64,000 nt of DNA from Psammoneis japonica (taxonomy: Eukaryota), in the NCBI GenBank assembly GCA_008632985.1, contig QPGO01000078.1, positions 62,001 to 126,000 of the forward strand. The letters run 5' to 3'. A model generated the notes under the pieces. It did no database searches. It saw only the letters and a list, made by a program, of their open reading frames with translations, and was not told where the DNA came from. Positions within the stretch are counted from its first letter, which is position 1; every line of letters begins with the position of its first letter. Shown piece after piece: positions 23,851-35,730 of the stretch. Made by a program: the position numbers and the translations under genes.

Positions 23851-26800
23851 AATGTGAGTCTGTTTGTCAGCCCCTCATCAGCACTTGCAACTCTGAGACC
23901 CATCATTGTGTGGCAAAAGGTGGCAGCACACAAAAAAATGATGGTGGCTCATCATCTCACATTGGCTGATGCTGCGCCACCAAATCATCATGGACTGCAT
24001 TCCATTCAGCAGCACCAGCAGCAGTGTCATCACCCTGGTGGCAACATTGATGGATTTGAGGATGCATGCGAAGATGCTTGCAGTGCATTTGAAGATGAAG
24101 CTGGTTCTCCAAACATGAGTGCTGCAATTTCATTCAAGGAAAACTCATTTTGTGAACCCCGTGAGCAGATGGAAAACAACTGCATTGACATCTTTCATCA
24201 ACAAGCTGTCTCACCATTGCCAACCTGCTCCTCTTGGTGGAACAAGCTGCCACATGGATTCAAGATCTGGGGACAATTTTTGATGACATGAGCACAGTGC
24301 AGGTGGAAAATGCCACTCTTCTTGACACCTTGACCGTGGCGGGCACAGATGTGCAAGACAATCATTCACAGAGAGGGACAGCAAGGGAGCTTCATTCTGT
24401 GTTTGCAAGAATGAAAATCACTGACATGTGTGCAGCAGCCAAGAGACCCAGCATGTTGGGGAGGCTCCTCTTTGCCATCATCCAAGGCCTTCTTGAGGCT
24501 GCCGCTGCTTGTCATTGTCAATGGATCATTTCAAATCAGCAAACCATGATGCAAAGAGATCCAAGATGAAGACATTTGCATTGTCGTCAAGCAGTGCTTG
24601 TTCCATGTGTGCAGCCGGCAATTTGGAGCCATCAAGACATCCCAGCAGGACAACTTTTGTGCCAGTTTCTGAGTCCACAAATTTGGCTGCCAAGCAACTT
24701 TGTTTGTCAGGGTGGGGATGAAGCTTCTTTTGCCTCATCTCATCACTTTTGGAAAAAGATGAAGAAGCGTGCAGACTTGAAGAAGAAAAGGCACCTCTGC
24801 TGCTGCCATGGCAACATTGAGGTGGATGCACAGGCAACAACACGGTGCAAAAAGGTGCTGTGAGCAGCAAACAGGCCAACAACAACTGAGCCCTTGTTGT
24901 TCATCCATGTGAAAACATTTTTCAATTGCCAAAAAAAGACCTGACACATCATGTTTCTAGCTTTGAAGCTGCTTTGCATGCTTTGCTTGCATTGTGCATG
25001 CGCTGCTGTGAATTTGGAAACAACAACAGTGTGATTTCTCACCCAAAGCTCCAACCAGCACTTTGCACAGATGTCTGTTCCACATGGAATGTGGCATTAA
25101 AAAATCTCATGTTGGCTGTTGTCTGAGTCATCTCTGTCATTTGATCAAATCACACACTCTCATGGTGCTGTGCTGTGGCGCACACTGCAATCTGTGAAAA
25201 TTGGACATTCTTGAAGGCTGCTGCATTTTCTGTGGGATCCATGTGCACAAAGCTCAAATTTCATGCCCAAAGCAACAACTGCCCCTTTGTGCAGGAAATC
25301 GTGCAATGGAGACCAGGACAATTAAAAAATGGGTGACAGCGCATGTGCACAAAAAACAGAGGAAAGATCCCAAACATCAAAAGATCCATGACATCAAGCA
25401 GTTGTGAGAAAGACATGTGGCAAGGTTGTTAGAGACAATGAGATCAAAGCAACTCCTTCACTGTCAGTCTGAAGAAGCAGCTCTTAATGTCACACATTTG
25501 CACTGCAGGCTTGTGCACAAAACCAGCCTTGAACCCAAAGGTGAGCCACAGTCACATGCTTGTTCCACATCTGTGCTTGAGTTGACCTCAACACCATGCT
25601 TGATGCATCCCAACAGGCTCAAGCTTTCAATGTTGCCCATTTTTTTGATGGAGCCACAACAAGGCAGCTGTGGGAAGTGAGCTCACCCCAGATTTCAGGG
25701 ATTGTCTCGTGCTTTTTGGCTTTTGCCAAAAGAGCGCAAAACTTCTCATCATTCTGATGTCTGGGCCAGTTTTGCATTTTCATTGCATTGCACTCCAAGT
25801 TTGCATTTGTTTGCTGCAAGGTTGGCACATCTCTGAAGACAAAGACAGTCAAGCTCCACACACTTTCAGCAGATTTGCAAGAAATTCAATGTGTGGTGTG
25901 GGGACATCCAGAATGAATTTAGCCAGTGGCTTAAAACCTCCTGTGGAATTCCACACATCAGTCCTGGCATGCCAAACATTTGAGCACAATGTCTTTTGAT
26001 GCCACCCCATTGTTTTCTGTTGTGTGCATGTGCGCACATTCAGTCTTTTGTTTTTCAGCATGTTTTTAGAAGCTCAAAAGCTGGAGGTTTCACAGTGACA
26101 AATGTCACAGTTGGCAACAAACCACCACAGATGTGATGTGTTTCCAGTTTCAACAAAGTGTGGAAGGCAAGTTTTTTCTCTGCAGAAAACATGCCATTGT
26201 CCCAACCTGACATGTGCCTGCACAAGATTTCAGCCACTGGCTGGGGCCCCAAAATCATTCCCAACTGGTGCTTGGCCATCAATGCACCCGTCTGCACTGA
26301 GCGGCACCCGAACTTTGGTGTCACAAATTTTGAGATGCCCTTTTCCTGCACCATGGCAAAGAGCCCCCTGACTCACCCCGGGCTCATGATGGGTGCAACT
26401 GTGAGTTCTCCACACAGCACACCCTTCAGTGCAAGAAGGGCGGGCCAGTCATCTCTCAGCACAATGAGAGCGATCCGTGATGAGCTCGGCTGCCTGTGCA
26501 CTTTGGGACTCCCACTGCTTGAGTGTGGGTGGGCCCAAGCAATTCTAAAAACCGTCAACGGCCGTCACTGTGTAATTTGGCAGCATTTTGGCACTCTGTG
26601 TGTGAGGCATTTATGCAGAAATTACACATGTACAAACATTGGGGGAAACGAGCGCAGAGAAGAGACGACGCGAGCGAAGCACGAGCGGAGAGACCGACAA
26701 TGATGCAAGTGCCGGAGAGAGATGCAAGGAGAGCAATCCAACGACATTGCAAGGGCGCAAAAGAGAGGAAAGATCCATTTGAGTGAGCACCACATCTTCA

Positions 26801-28239
26801 ATAAAAAGAACAAAGCAAGAAGACATTGGCATGCACAAAAACTCACACAAAGAAGCACGGCACCAGCGCCTGCAAAATGACCACATCTGCGGTGACATGG
26901 AACAACACAAGGAGGTGAGAACATGCTTTTCTGCAAATGCAATGCAACAACGAGCAAACGACCAACAGAAACTCACCAGCAGGGTCAAAACTTGGGGTGC
27001 CTGGATCGTCAACGGTGGGAGGAACGATGGATGAAAGAGAGTCTGCTGGTTCCACGGAGCAGGACGACAAAAGCAGGCGGCAGATCGGCATGAGCAATGG
27101 CAGAAAGTCGGTGCTTGGGATCGAGTGACTCGTCCAGTCCACAAAAGTTGTGGCAGCAGCTTGGAGAACGGAGGCAGCGCCATGGCAGGACGGCATGGAC
27201 CGGGACAGAAGCAGCGCGCCATGGTGGAATGGCGACGGAGCCAAAAACGGTGACGGCGACGGTGCAGACCCATGGACTTTGATGTCCCCATCTTCAAGTC
27301 CCACACATCAAGATGCGGGACAAGGAGGTTCAAGGTGAGCGCCATTGCGAACGAGAATGGGGGAAAACGAGACTTGGTTCCGTGAGAATCAGAACTCACC
27401 ACATTTTGAGTCATTCTGACCCATTCTAGAGCCGTGGCTCACTCACACAGCACGACCCAATGGCGCACAACACTGTCAAGCAAGGCAGGGGTCGGGAGGC
27501 GGTGTCGCACCGGTCAAATCGGCCAAAAGCGCCATTGTCGGAGGGAGTGGTGGTTGTCAATCGGCCGCTCGGAAAAATTATGAGCCATCAACTCGACCGT
27601 GCACCGTTCGGAGTCGAACAAAATTTCTCGGTACAAAATGTGCACAGATGTGCGTCAGTGTAAAAATCGTGTAGAAGGGTTGTAAGTAGAACCGTTGCTC
27701 TCTCTATGTAGACTGCAAGGATTCTGCCGTTAAACCACACCAACATGCACAATTCTGCGTGGTCGATTTGAATCAATCCCACCAACGTTTTTGAATTTCG
27801 ATCGTAATGACGGCTTTAGGTGCTGAGATGAACACAACATGTGAGTTTGAATTAAACATCATATGAAGCGTTGACAATTTTGAATGATTGCGCGACTGCC
27901 AGTCGGCACCAAAAACCGTCACCTGTGAGCAAACCGCAATGCTTTGGTGCTTCAGTCTTGCACATGAAAGCGCTCCCCAAGCAGTTGACTGTCGAATTAT
28001 ACATGTAAAATCCTCACAGCGGGAGACCCTACACACGCTCCCGTGTGCACTCAATGCGCCTCGGTTATGACCTTCTCGTTGGGTTGCACAATGGTGAGTA
28101 GCCCTCCTCGTCGTCCACCCTCCTCGCTGGGGTCGTTCTCGCCATTGTGCAACCCGCCTCGTCGGTCTCCACCTCATTGCTTGGAACCTTCTCATCGGGT
28201 TCGCGGAGCTGAACCCTCCTCGTCGGGCTCCACAAGTGC

Positions 28240-28950
28240 ACAGGGCGCGTGCCTGCAGCACTCAAGCCCTCCGCAGTGCATGACAAACCTCTTGTCAACC
28301 CTGCTGGTTGCACCTCCAGAAGCCCAACTGTTGGCAACAAGTCCAGAGATGGCGACTGTGGAGATCTTTCAGCCAGAGGCTTGTTTGACAGAAGCACAGA
28401 CCTGGTCATGGATGTTGAAGCAGCTGACATGGATGCGCCGTCTCATGCTTCCAAGACCCCTCCTGAACAAGTCTTGCTGGACCACAAGAAGCAGAAGAAG
28501 CATGAGCATCTCAAGTCATGTCTTGAGTGATGCCATCAATTCTCTCCTGTGGTGGTGCCATGCGATGGCCTCCTGACTGGAAAGGAGGCACAAGCCGTCC
28601 TCCTGCATTGGACATCTGGAAAGACATCGAACAAGTGGCAGAGACCATGCTCCAAAGTGTGTGGCTTTGTCAACACACAATTCAGCACAGCTGTTGTCAG
28701 AGCAACTCATCTTTGTTTGAGATGCTCACGAATTCCCTCTTCTGGGATCAGCTCCAGATGTCCCTGCCATGTGTGCGCTGGGAGGATGGCGTTGGTCTGT
28801 CCTTGTGTCGATGTTGAATCGATGCCAATGCCACAACAGCACCAGGTGAGATGCAGTTCTGTTGAAGTGGCTCAAGACGACATCCATTGTTCATGAGTCA
28901 GCACAGTCACACCCCCGCGAGACGATCGAATCGGCACCAGACACGATTCA
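28240..28950 (+). mobile_element. 3' fragment of a second CRE-like non-LTR element, frameshifted
   Basis: KPSAVHDKPLVNP, GDLSARG, KWQRPCSKVCGFVN, VRATHLCLRCSRIPSS, WEDGVGLSL match the C-terminus of the 4590-6851 ORF. Confidence 0.85.
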
Positions 28951-29223
28951 AATTCCGCACCATAGATTGTGTGGCTTGCAAGTGCCATCAGCTGTGGTCT
29001 CATGTGCTGTCAGCGGGGCCTCAACTCTGCACGCAGCTACTTCCATCTCGCTCGCTCGCTCCAAAGGCACTCTCCCACCCCTGTGGCAGGGGAGAATGTG
29101 GTGATGTCATGGTCATGTGGCAGCCCACATCTCATTCATCACATTTTCACACAAATGTCCTCACATTTGTTCACGCATTTGTGCACAAATGCCAACAGCA
29201 GCAGGAAAAATCCTGAACCATGT

Positions 29224-31319
29224 TCTCCCCTAAAACTCTGACCACCAAAAACCGAGGGGTCGGAAGCGCACTTTTGGGAGCTCTTTTTCTCCGCACAAAA
29301 AACACGCGTTTCGTCGACTCGACCATGACGACCTCCCGTTCTTCATCCCCCACACCACCTGACGTGTCCCTGCCTGCCACATCTGATGCGGCAGTCCCTC
29401 CTGCATTGGCCGGCACCGTTGCACCTGCTGTCGTTACCCAAACACAGCCGATTTGCCATCCGGAGGATTTGGGCTTCTGTTCGCCAGATCCTGTGCCTGA
29501 AACACAAACACAGCGCCGTGATTGGTCTGCTCCTGTCATTGCATCCATGGAGAAACTGGATTCTCGTTCGCATCGCCGTGTTGTGGAAGGCACTGATGAG
29601 CCTTCTCTCAAATGGTCTGGGGTGCAGCTCCGAAACCAGGTCAAAAAACAAAAGCAACAAACCGACGTCAAGGTTCAGTGGGTGTGGCAGAGGAGCATCT
29701 ATGACAGGAGGCATGGTGACAACCTTTCTCAGGATGATCATTCCCAAGCAGAACCTTGTCTGTCTGGAGGTGATTGAGACTCACCCAGAGCCCAGCGGAA
29801 CCAATCGGAGCCAACAACAAGTGTCAAGATGAACCGCTGCAACATGTGAAGGAGGACGCAGCCAATGGAGTGCGGGCAGAGAAGGTGCCGGCATGCAAAG
29901 TGGCAGCATGGCTGTCGACAAGGCACTGGTTTTGAAGGTCTGACAGTGACAAACATGGTGAGCATTTGCCAAAAGCACGTTGCTGCCTGCCTCCATTTTA
30001 GCAACACACAAAAACAGTGTGTTGTGCATCACATGCAGAATTCAAACGGCAAGAGTGGCCTCTTGTGGAATTGCACACAATGACCCAGTCCTGGAAAATG
30101 GAGCAGTGTCCAAGTCACATGCACCATTTGAAACCTTGCCAAGTCGCCTGCAAACAAATGCCAATTCGCTGACCTCTCCAACTTGAAACTAAAAAACTGT
30201 GAAAGCATGCCTGCCATCTGGTTGTTGTCAGGTTTCTAATTTACAGAGAGCTGCACAATGTGTCTGTGTGTTCTAAAGATTAGACCACACTCGAGAGCCA
30301 ACCAAGAGGCACCATTCATGTCCATTGATGTGTCGTCCATCAGCAGGCCGTGGTTGCGTGGGTTTCCTGGTCCACCATCATCCGTCATCCATTGTGTTCC
30401 TTCCAAAGCAAAAACAATGACAGTGTCAACAGTGACTGCAGCAGCAAGGGTGGGATTGACAGTGTCGGGCATGCCAGGGGACCGAAACGCAGGTGCGGCG
30501 TTGGAATTTGTGATGGCATCTGTGGGAGGCGGCGGGGCAAGAATGAAAGAAGTGTGAGTTGCAAGCATTTCGTTGTGGACGTCATTGGCAAAAGACAACA
30601 ACAGCATCAACAGCACCTGCGGCAGCAAGGGCAGGAGCAACAGTGTCGGGCATGCCAGGGGGCCGAAACGCAGGTGCGGCATTGGAATTCGTGACAGCAT
30701 CTGTGGGAGGCGGTGAGGCGAGAATGAAAGAAGTGTGAGTTGTTGGCATTTCATTGTGGACGTCATTGGCAAAAGACAGTGACAGTGTCAACAGCACCTG
30801 CGGCAGTGAGGGCAGGAGCAACAGTGTCGGGCATGCCAGGGGGCCGAAACGCAGGTGCGGCATTGGAATTCGTGATGGTGTCTGTGGGAGGCGGCGGGGC
30901 GAGAATGAAAGAAGTGTGAGTCATTGGCACTTCATTGTGGACGTTGTTGGCAAAACACAACAACAGCGTCAACAGCACCTGCGGCAGCAAGGGCAGGAGC
31001 AACAGCATCGGGCATGCTGGGGGCCCGAAACGCAGGTGCGGCGCTGGAATTTGTGATGGCATCTGTGGGAGGCGGTGGAGCATGCAAACAACAGTGTGAG
31101 TTTGCAGCATCTTGTTTTGTGTGCATCGCACCCACGAGAACCGGAATGATGACATTGCCTGTTGTGTCAGTGTCACCAGTGACGGTGTCAGTGGGATCGG
31201 CATCCTGGGAAGGCGATGGGGAAGAACCACGAGGCATCGTGTTTTTTGTGCAGAGAAAAAGAGCTCCCGAAAGCGCGCTTCCGACCCCTTGGTTTTTGGT
31301 GGTCAGAGTTTCAGGGGAG
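29224..31319. repeat. ~83-bp inverted repeats (29224-29306 / 31238-31319) enclosing 2.1 kb; possible TIR element, no TSD found
   Basis: CTCCCCT.AAACTCTGACCACCAAAAACC.AGGGGTCGGAAGCGC.CTTT.GGGAGCTCTTTTTCTC.GCACAAAAAACACG in both orientations. Confidence 0.75.
30415..31080. repeat. ~181-bp tandem repeat, about 3.6 copies
   Basis: GTCGGGCATGCCAGGGG.CCGAAACGCAGGTGCGGC.TTGGAATT recurs near 30465, 30646, 30826 and 31008. Confidence 0.9.
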
Positions 31320-31384
31320 CTGTGGAGTGGGAATTTTCATTGACCACTCAGTGGTTGGTGATTGCAGACTTTTTCGCGTCGGTC

Positions 31385-31435
31385 CGGCAGTCGGGCAGTC
31401 GGGGGGTCGGGCAGTCGGGCAGTCGGGCAGTCGGG
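31385..31435. repeat. 8-bp (GTCGGGCA)n short tandem repeat, ~6 copies
   Basis: Direct reading. Confidence 0.85.
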
Positions 31436-32185
31436 TTGTCCGTCTGAATTTGAAAGTGTGTCCCTCGGATTTTGGAACGGGATGGGTTGTTTAGTGCAGA
31501 TGAATTCTTCGGATTCGTAGAATGATCATTGAGGACATGAGAGGTCGTGGGGACATCCTAAAAAATCGATAAATTCCCTACGACGGGCACGTGGCACGGT
31601 TTTTCAGGAGAGCTCGAAAGTGCTGTAAAATTGGGATTGCCGGCGTGGCATGTTCAAAAATGTATTCAGTTATAAACAAAGATAATTAATCGTGAATTCT
31701 ACACGAAACAGTCATATTTGGGAAAACATATCGAACAATAAGTGAGTTTGTGCGATGCGCTATTATGGCGATAAATTGGAAAAAAAAGAGTGTCCGTGCA
31801 CCTCGCTACAGCCCCAAAAATGGCATGAGACATCAAATATAACGGTCATCCGCGTCACCGGTGCGGTGGCCACGCCACTCAGCCGCCACAATACCGGCCC
31901 CGGCGGTAGGGCCCTACGTACGTCCAGACAATACAGCATGCAACGGCACACACCCACCCACAAAAGCGAAAGACAAGTGGTCAATGCTCCCCGCAGGCCT
32001 GGTTACTTATGGAATATACACATTCGTGTGAATATTAACATTAAAACTCAACGCACGGCGAAGCCGTGCGCGCACAACCACGCACACACACACAGCTCCC
32101 CTACCACAGGGGTGGCACTCTCCAGACTCACGATGGGAGAGTGCTCCAAAGGCGGGGCCCAAGGGGAAAGGGGAAGGTAGCGACC

Positions 32186-33835
32186 ATGGGAGATACTCCT
32201 GATACTGACATCCAGACCATTGCCAGTTTCTATCGGTTCTTCGTGGAACACAGTAACGATGGAATTGTCCTAACTTTGGATTTATCTCAACGATTGGATT
32301 TTGGAATCCGAAAAGACAATCATGGGGATGTCATCCTTACAGATGACGAGGTCGCTGAGCGTGAGGAATGGAAAATCCAAAAGCAGCGGATCAAATCACA
32401 CTATTATCGTCATCCGTTGTCGTTAGACGAGCTGACGCAGGAGGAAGTTTTGGCTCTCCGTGTTGCCGCTCCATGTCTCCTTGCAGACTCTAGACTCGTT
32501 TCATTTCGCAGCCCCTTTTCTGATTTTCGTGCGAATCGACACTATCCGAAGAGAATCGACTTATGGAATGAGTTCGAGCCGTCCGTCAAGAGTTTTCATG
32601 CTGATAGAGAGCGAAAAATTGTTTCGGTTCTAGATTCCACAATGGTGGATAGTATGGGCGATCTCGGGAGTTGTAGGGAAGAGAAAGATGAGGAGAAATA
32701 TTTGGATGATAAAGTCTTCCAACCCCTCGAAAAAGCTGATCTCATTGGCACCGTAATAAGAGGTTCAAGATTTTGCCAGGGCGACCCCGACTTTTCAGTA
32801 ACGGCACCGGGTAACGAAACGAAAATAGTTGGCGAGACCAAGGCAACGCATGATTTGCCGTTGCCAATTACTGCACAGGAAGTAGCAGCGCAATACAATG
32901 ACGCCAGAGCATCTGTTGATGAATTGGACGACGAGAGTACAAACCACCAGCGACGCCCCCTGGCCTGGTCTCATGTGGGACACCCCATATCACAAATTCT
33001 TGGATACATGATCCTCAATAGTGTTCGCTATGGCGTGCTCACGAGTGGATCAAGAACGTATTTTATACTTTTGAAGAGGGATACCGTGACTGGTGAAGAG
33101 GAAGTCCGTATCAGTGATGCATGGTTCATTGGACAAGAAAGTTACCTCCGTGCGTGGGCCTTCTTCTACTCGATTGCACGCGACGACGTGCAACCATACC
33201 TAAACAAAAACGGGCTTGCTCAGGAATGGCTTAGAGGAACACCAGACAAACTGAAGAAGAGACCCAATTCGGGGTCCGATCAAGGGACGTCTAAAAGAAC
33301 ACTTTGTTTTAAGTTTGGTGGCACCGGTGCGGATGAAAGTCGAGATGGTTCAAAATCTGTGTCTTCTACGAAAGGAATGATCCCTACGGTGACTCTGAAT
33401 GATTTCGAAGTGGCTGAACCAATTGGATATGGTCGTCGTGGAACGGTGTTTAGAGGGGAGTGGAATGGGGAAGTTGTCGCACTTAAACTCTTTGACACTC
33501 ACAAGAATAATGGAAGGGACGCGTTTGAGCGAGAGATAAAGGCTTACGAGCATTTGAAAAAGGCATGGGGTCGACTTGTTCCGACACCAAAATTCGTTGC
33601 CGAAGCTTTTGGCGTGATCTATTTTGGAATGCAAATGGCCATGCAACCCCCGCAATGTGCTCGTCTTGAAGATTGGGATGAGGTGTTGTGGGAGCTAGAG
33701 GAGACTTACGGGTTTCGTCATTTGGATGTCGATGGTGATGACCGTGGCCCGAACTTTCGTAATCACATGATGCTGCCATACAAGTCCATAATGAAACCAA
33801 TTGTTATTGATTTGGAGGAATATGAATTGCTATGA
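32186..33835 (+). CDS. PD-(D/E)xK restriction-endonuclease-like domain fused to a C-terminal protein-kinase-like domain (Crinkler-type architecture)
   Basis: GDPDF...GETK...QILGYM....RYGVLTSG..TYF; IGYGRRGTVF, VALK, EIKAY, FRHLD, VIDLE; intronless, normal Tyr content. Confidence 0.75.
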   Translation: MGDTPDTDIQTIASFYRFFVEHSNDGIVLTLDLSQRLDFGIRKDNHGDVILTDDEVAEREEWKIQKQRIKSHYYRHPLSLDELTQEEVLALRVAAPCLLADSRLVSFRSPFSDFRANRHYPKRIDLWNEFEPSVKSFHADRERKIVSVLDSTMVDSMGDLGSCREEKDEEKYLDDKVFQPLEKADLIGTVIRGSRFCQGDPDFSVTAPGNETKIVGETKATHDLPLPITAQEVAAQYNDARASVDELDDESTNHQRRPLAWSHVGHPISQILGYMILNSVRYGVLTSGSRTYFILLKRDTVTGEEEVRISDAWFIGQESYLRAWAFFYSIARDDVQPYLNKNGLAQEWLRGTPDKLKKRPNSGSDQGTSKRTLCFKFGGTGADESRDGSKSVSSTKGMIPTVTLNDFEVAEPIGYGRRGTVFRGEWNGEVVALKLFDTHKNNGRDAFEREIKAYEHLKKAWGRLVPTPKFVAEAFGVIYFGMQMAMQPPQCARLEDWDEVLWELEETYGFRHLDVDGDDRGPNFRNHMMLPYKSIMKPIVIDLEEYELL

Positions 33836-35059
33836 TTTCCTTGAAATGGACGCTTTTACGCCGATTGAAACACCGTTGGTGATTGGGGCGATTTTCTTTC
33901 AGCAATGAGTATACGATGCCGGCAGTAAGGTGAAACTTGGGATAAATAATTGTTTGGTTTTTTCATTTTGAGTTTCCACAGTTCTACCTCCGTCCCTTCA
34001 GAAACCGTTTTTCAAATTCGTTACAAAGCCATCAAATCAAGTACATGTCAAAAGTGCCGTTCAAACCGGTTCAAGTTTAAGAAGGACACTGCCTTCTCGT
34101 GTCCGTGATTGGACTGTTTGGAACTAATTGCAGTGGACAGAGTGACAGAGGAGTGATGAAAGAGATGACAGAACAGAGTGCAATGGGTCACATGACACAG
34201 ATTGGGCCAGAACCCATTTTAAAGGACTGGGTGTTACCATTTGTTCTTGTCACTGATCTGCTTCATCACGAGATGACTTGTCTCTTTTTTTGTCCAGAAC
34301 CTGTTGATTGCTGAAACATCAGTGGCACATTTCTCTGCCGATCTGGTCATTCGATCAGCTGGTCACCACCACTGACTGAAAAGGTCTGGTCTGAAATGCA
34401 AACTCTGCATGGGCAGATGCAACTGCAGATGAAGGAGCCACAAAATGCATTGGATGCACCACTTGTGTCATGGCCGCACAGCATGTCATTGTCACATTAA
34501 AAAAAAACATGTTGTCTGTGTGAGCCGTGGAGCTGGGGAAACAATGCATGCTTTTTGCAGAAGCATCACACTTTCTTCCTCGGTGAAGGCTGCATCACAA
34601 AGGTCCAAGTTAGCACATGTTTCATGCTTTTGAGTCTGACTTCTGCACCACAGTGTGGCCAAAGTCAGCCAATGAATCTCACTCATTTTCATGCCATCCT
34701 TGGACTTGGATGTTCTCCAAAGTCAGCCACCACATCACAACACAGCTTTGAGCAACAAGCACAGGCCTTGAGTGGCAGCAAACTGTGTGGTTTTCTCTGT
34801 GCTGGGTTGTCAAGGTTCACAAGTTGCAACACAGGCTTGAATTCTCCACTGCTGACCAGCTGTCAGTCAGGTCTCTCTAAGCACATGTTGAACATGTTGC
34901 TTGCTGCTGCTTTTGTGGATTCAGGAATGGTGCCTTTACCAAAATCTCCAGCACAGAGGATTGCTTGATCTTTTGTTCCCTCTTGAGCACCAAAGAGCCT
35001 TCTCTTTTTTGTTCAAAGGTGTCATGAATGATTCTCTGTTCAAAGCTGCAAAAAAATGA

Positions 35060-35730
35060 AAACAGTGGCTCAATGTTGTTTGTTGACACAGGGAGAACAA
35101 TTTTGTTTCTTGTGCTTTGCCTTGCTGGGGTCCACAACAACCATCACATCATGAGCACACACACTCTCCCCAGATCCAACTAGAGCCATGGTTTCCATTG
35201 CTTGATCTTCACAATTTTGAACAGAGCAAGAAGATGGCTTTGCAGGGCAAAAAATGAAAGAGTTCCATTGAAGCCAAGAAAAGTTGAACACAGCTGACTC
35301 AGCCAGTCTTGTGGTGCTGCATCAGAATTGAGCAAATCCATGCTTCAAAGCAAACATGACTGGAGGGTCATCAAACTCATCCAAACTTTGTTTCCATTGA
35401 AGTAAAAAATGGAACTTCAACAAGGATTCATCACTCTGCATTCTTGTTGCCATCTTTGAGAGCAGCTCAGTTGGGATGCAACTGTGTTGTCATCATCAGT
35501 GTCCCCACATCGAGCTTGCAGCTGGCTGAACAGTGGAGTGCATGCAACCAACTTTTGCAAAGGACAGCACTTTAACAGCAGTCAAATTCATTGTGTTGGC
35601 AGCCAGGTTCAAAGGAGCACCTGCATTTCTTGCATCAAAGCAATTTGAGCATGTGCTGCATCGCCAAAAAGCAGTTTTCCAGTCTGGCAGAGTCATCTTC
35701 AGAAGGGACAAGCAGACAATGGATGGTCAA
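35060..35730 (-). repeat. Degenerate coding-like dispersed repeat, copy 2
   Basis: Collinear with 21800-22480. Confidence 0.8.

Noticed and set aside
27620..28070. TpA-normal patch as another young insertion
   Set aside because: No TIR or TSD could be identified by eye; left unannotated.
19686..31080. CRISPR-like arrays in the 62-bp and 181-bp repeats
   Set aside because: Whole units are repeated with no unique spacers, no cas genes are present, and the context is eukaryotic.
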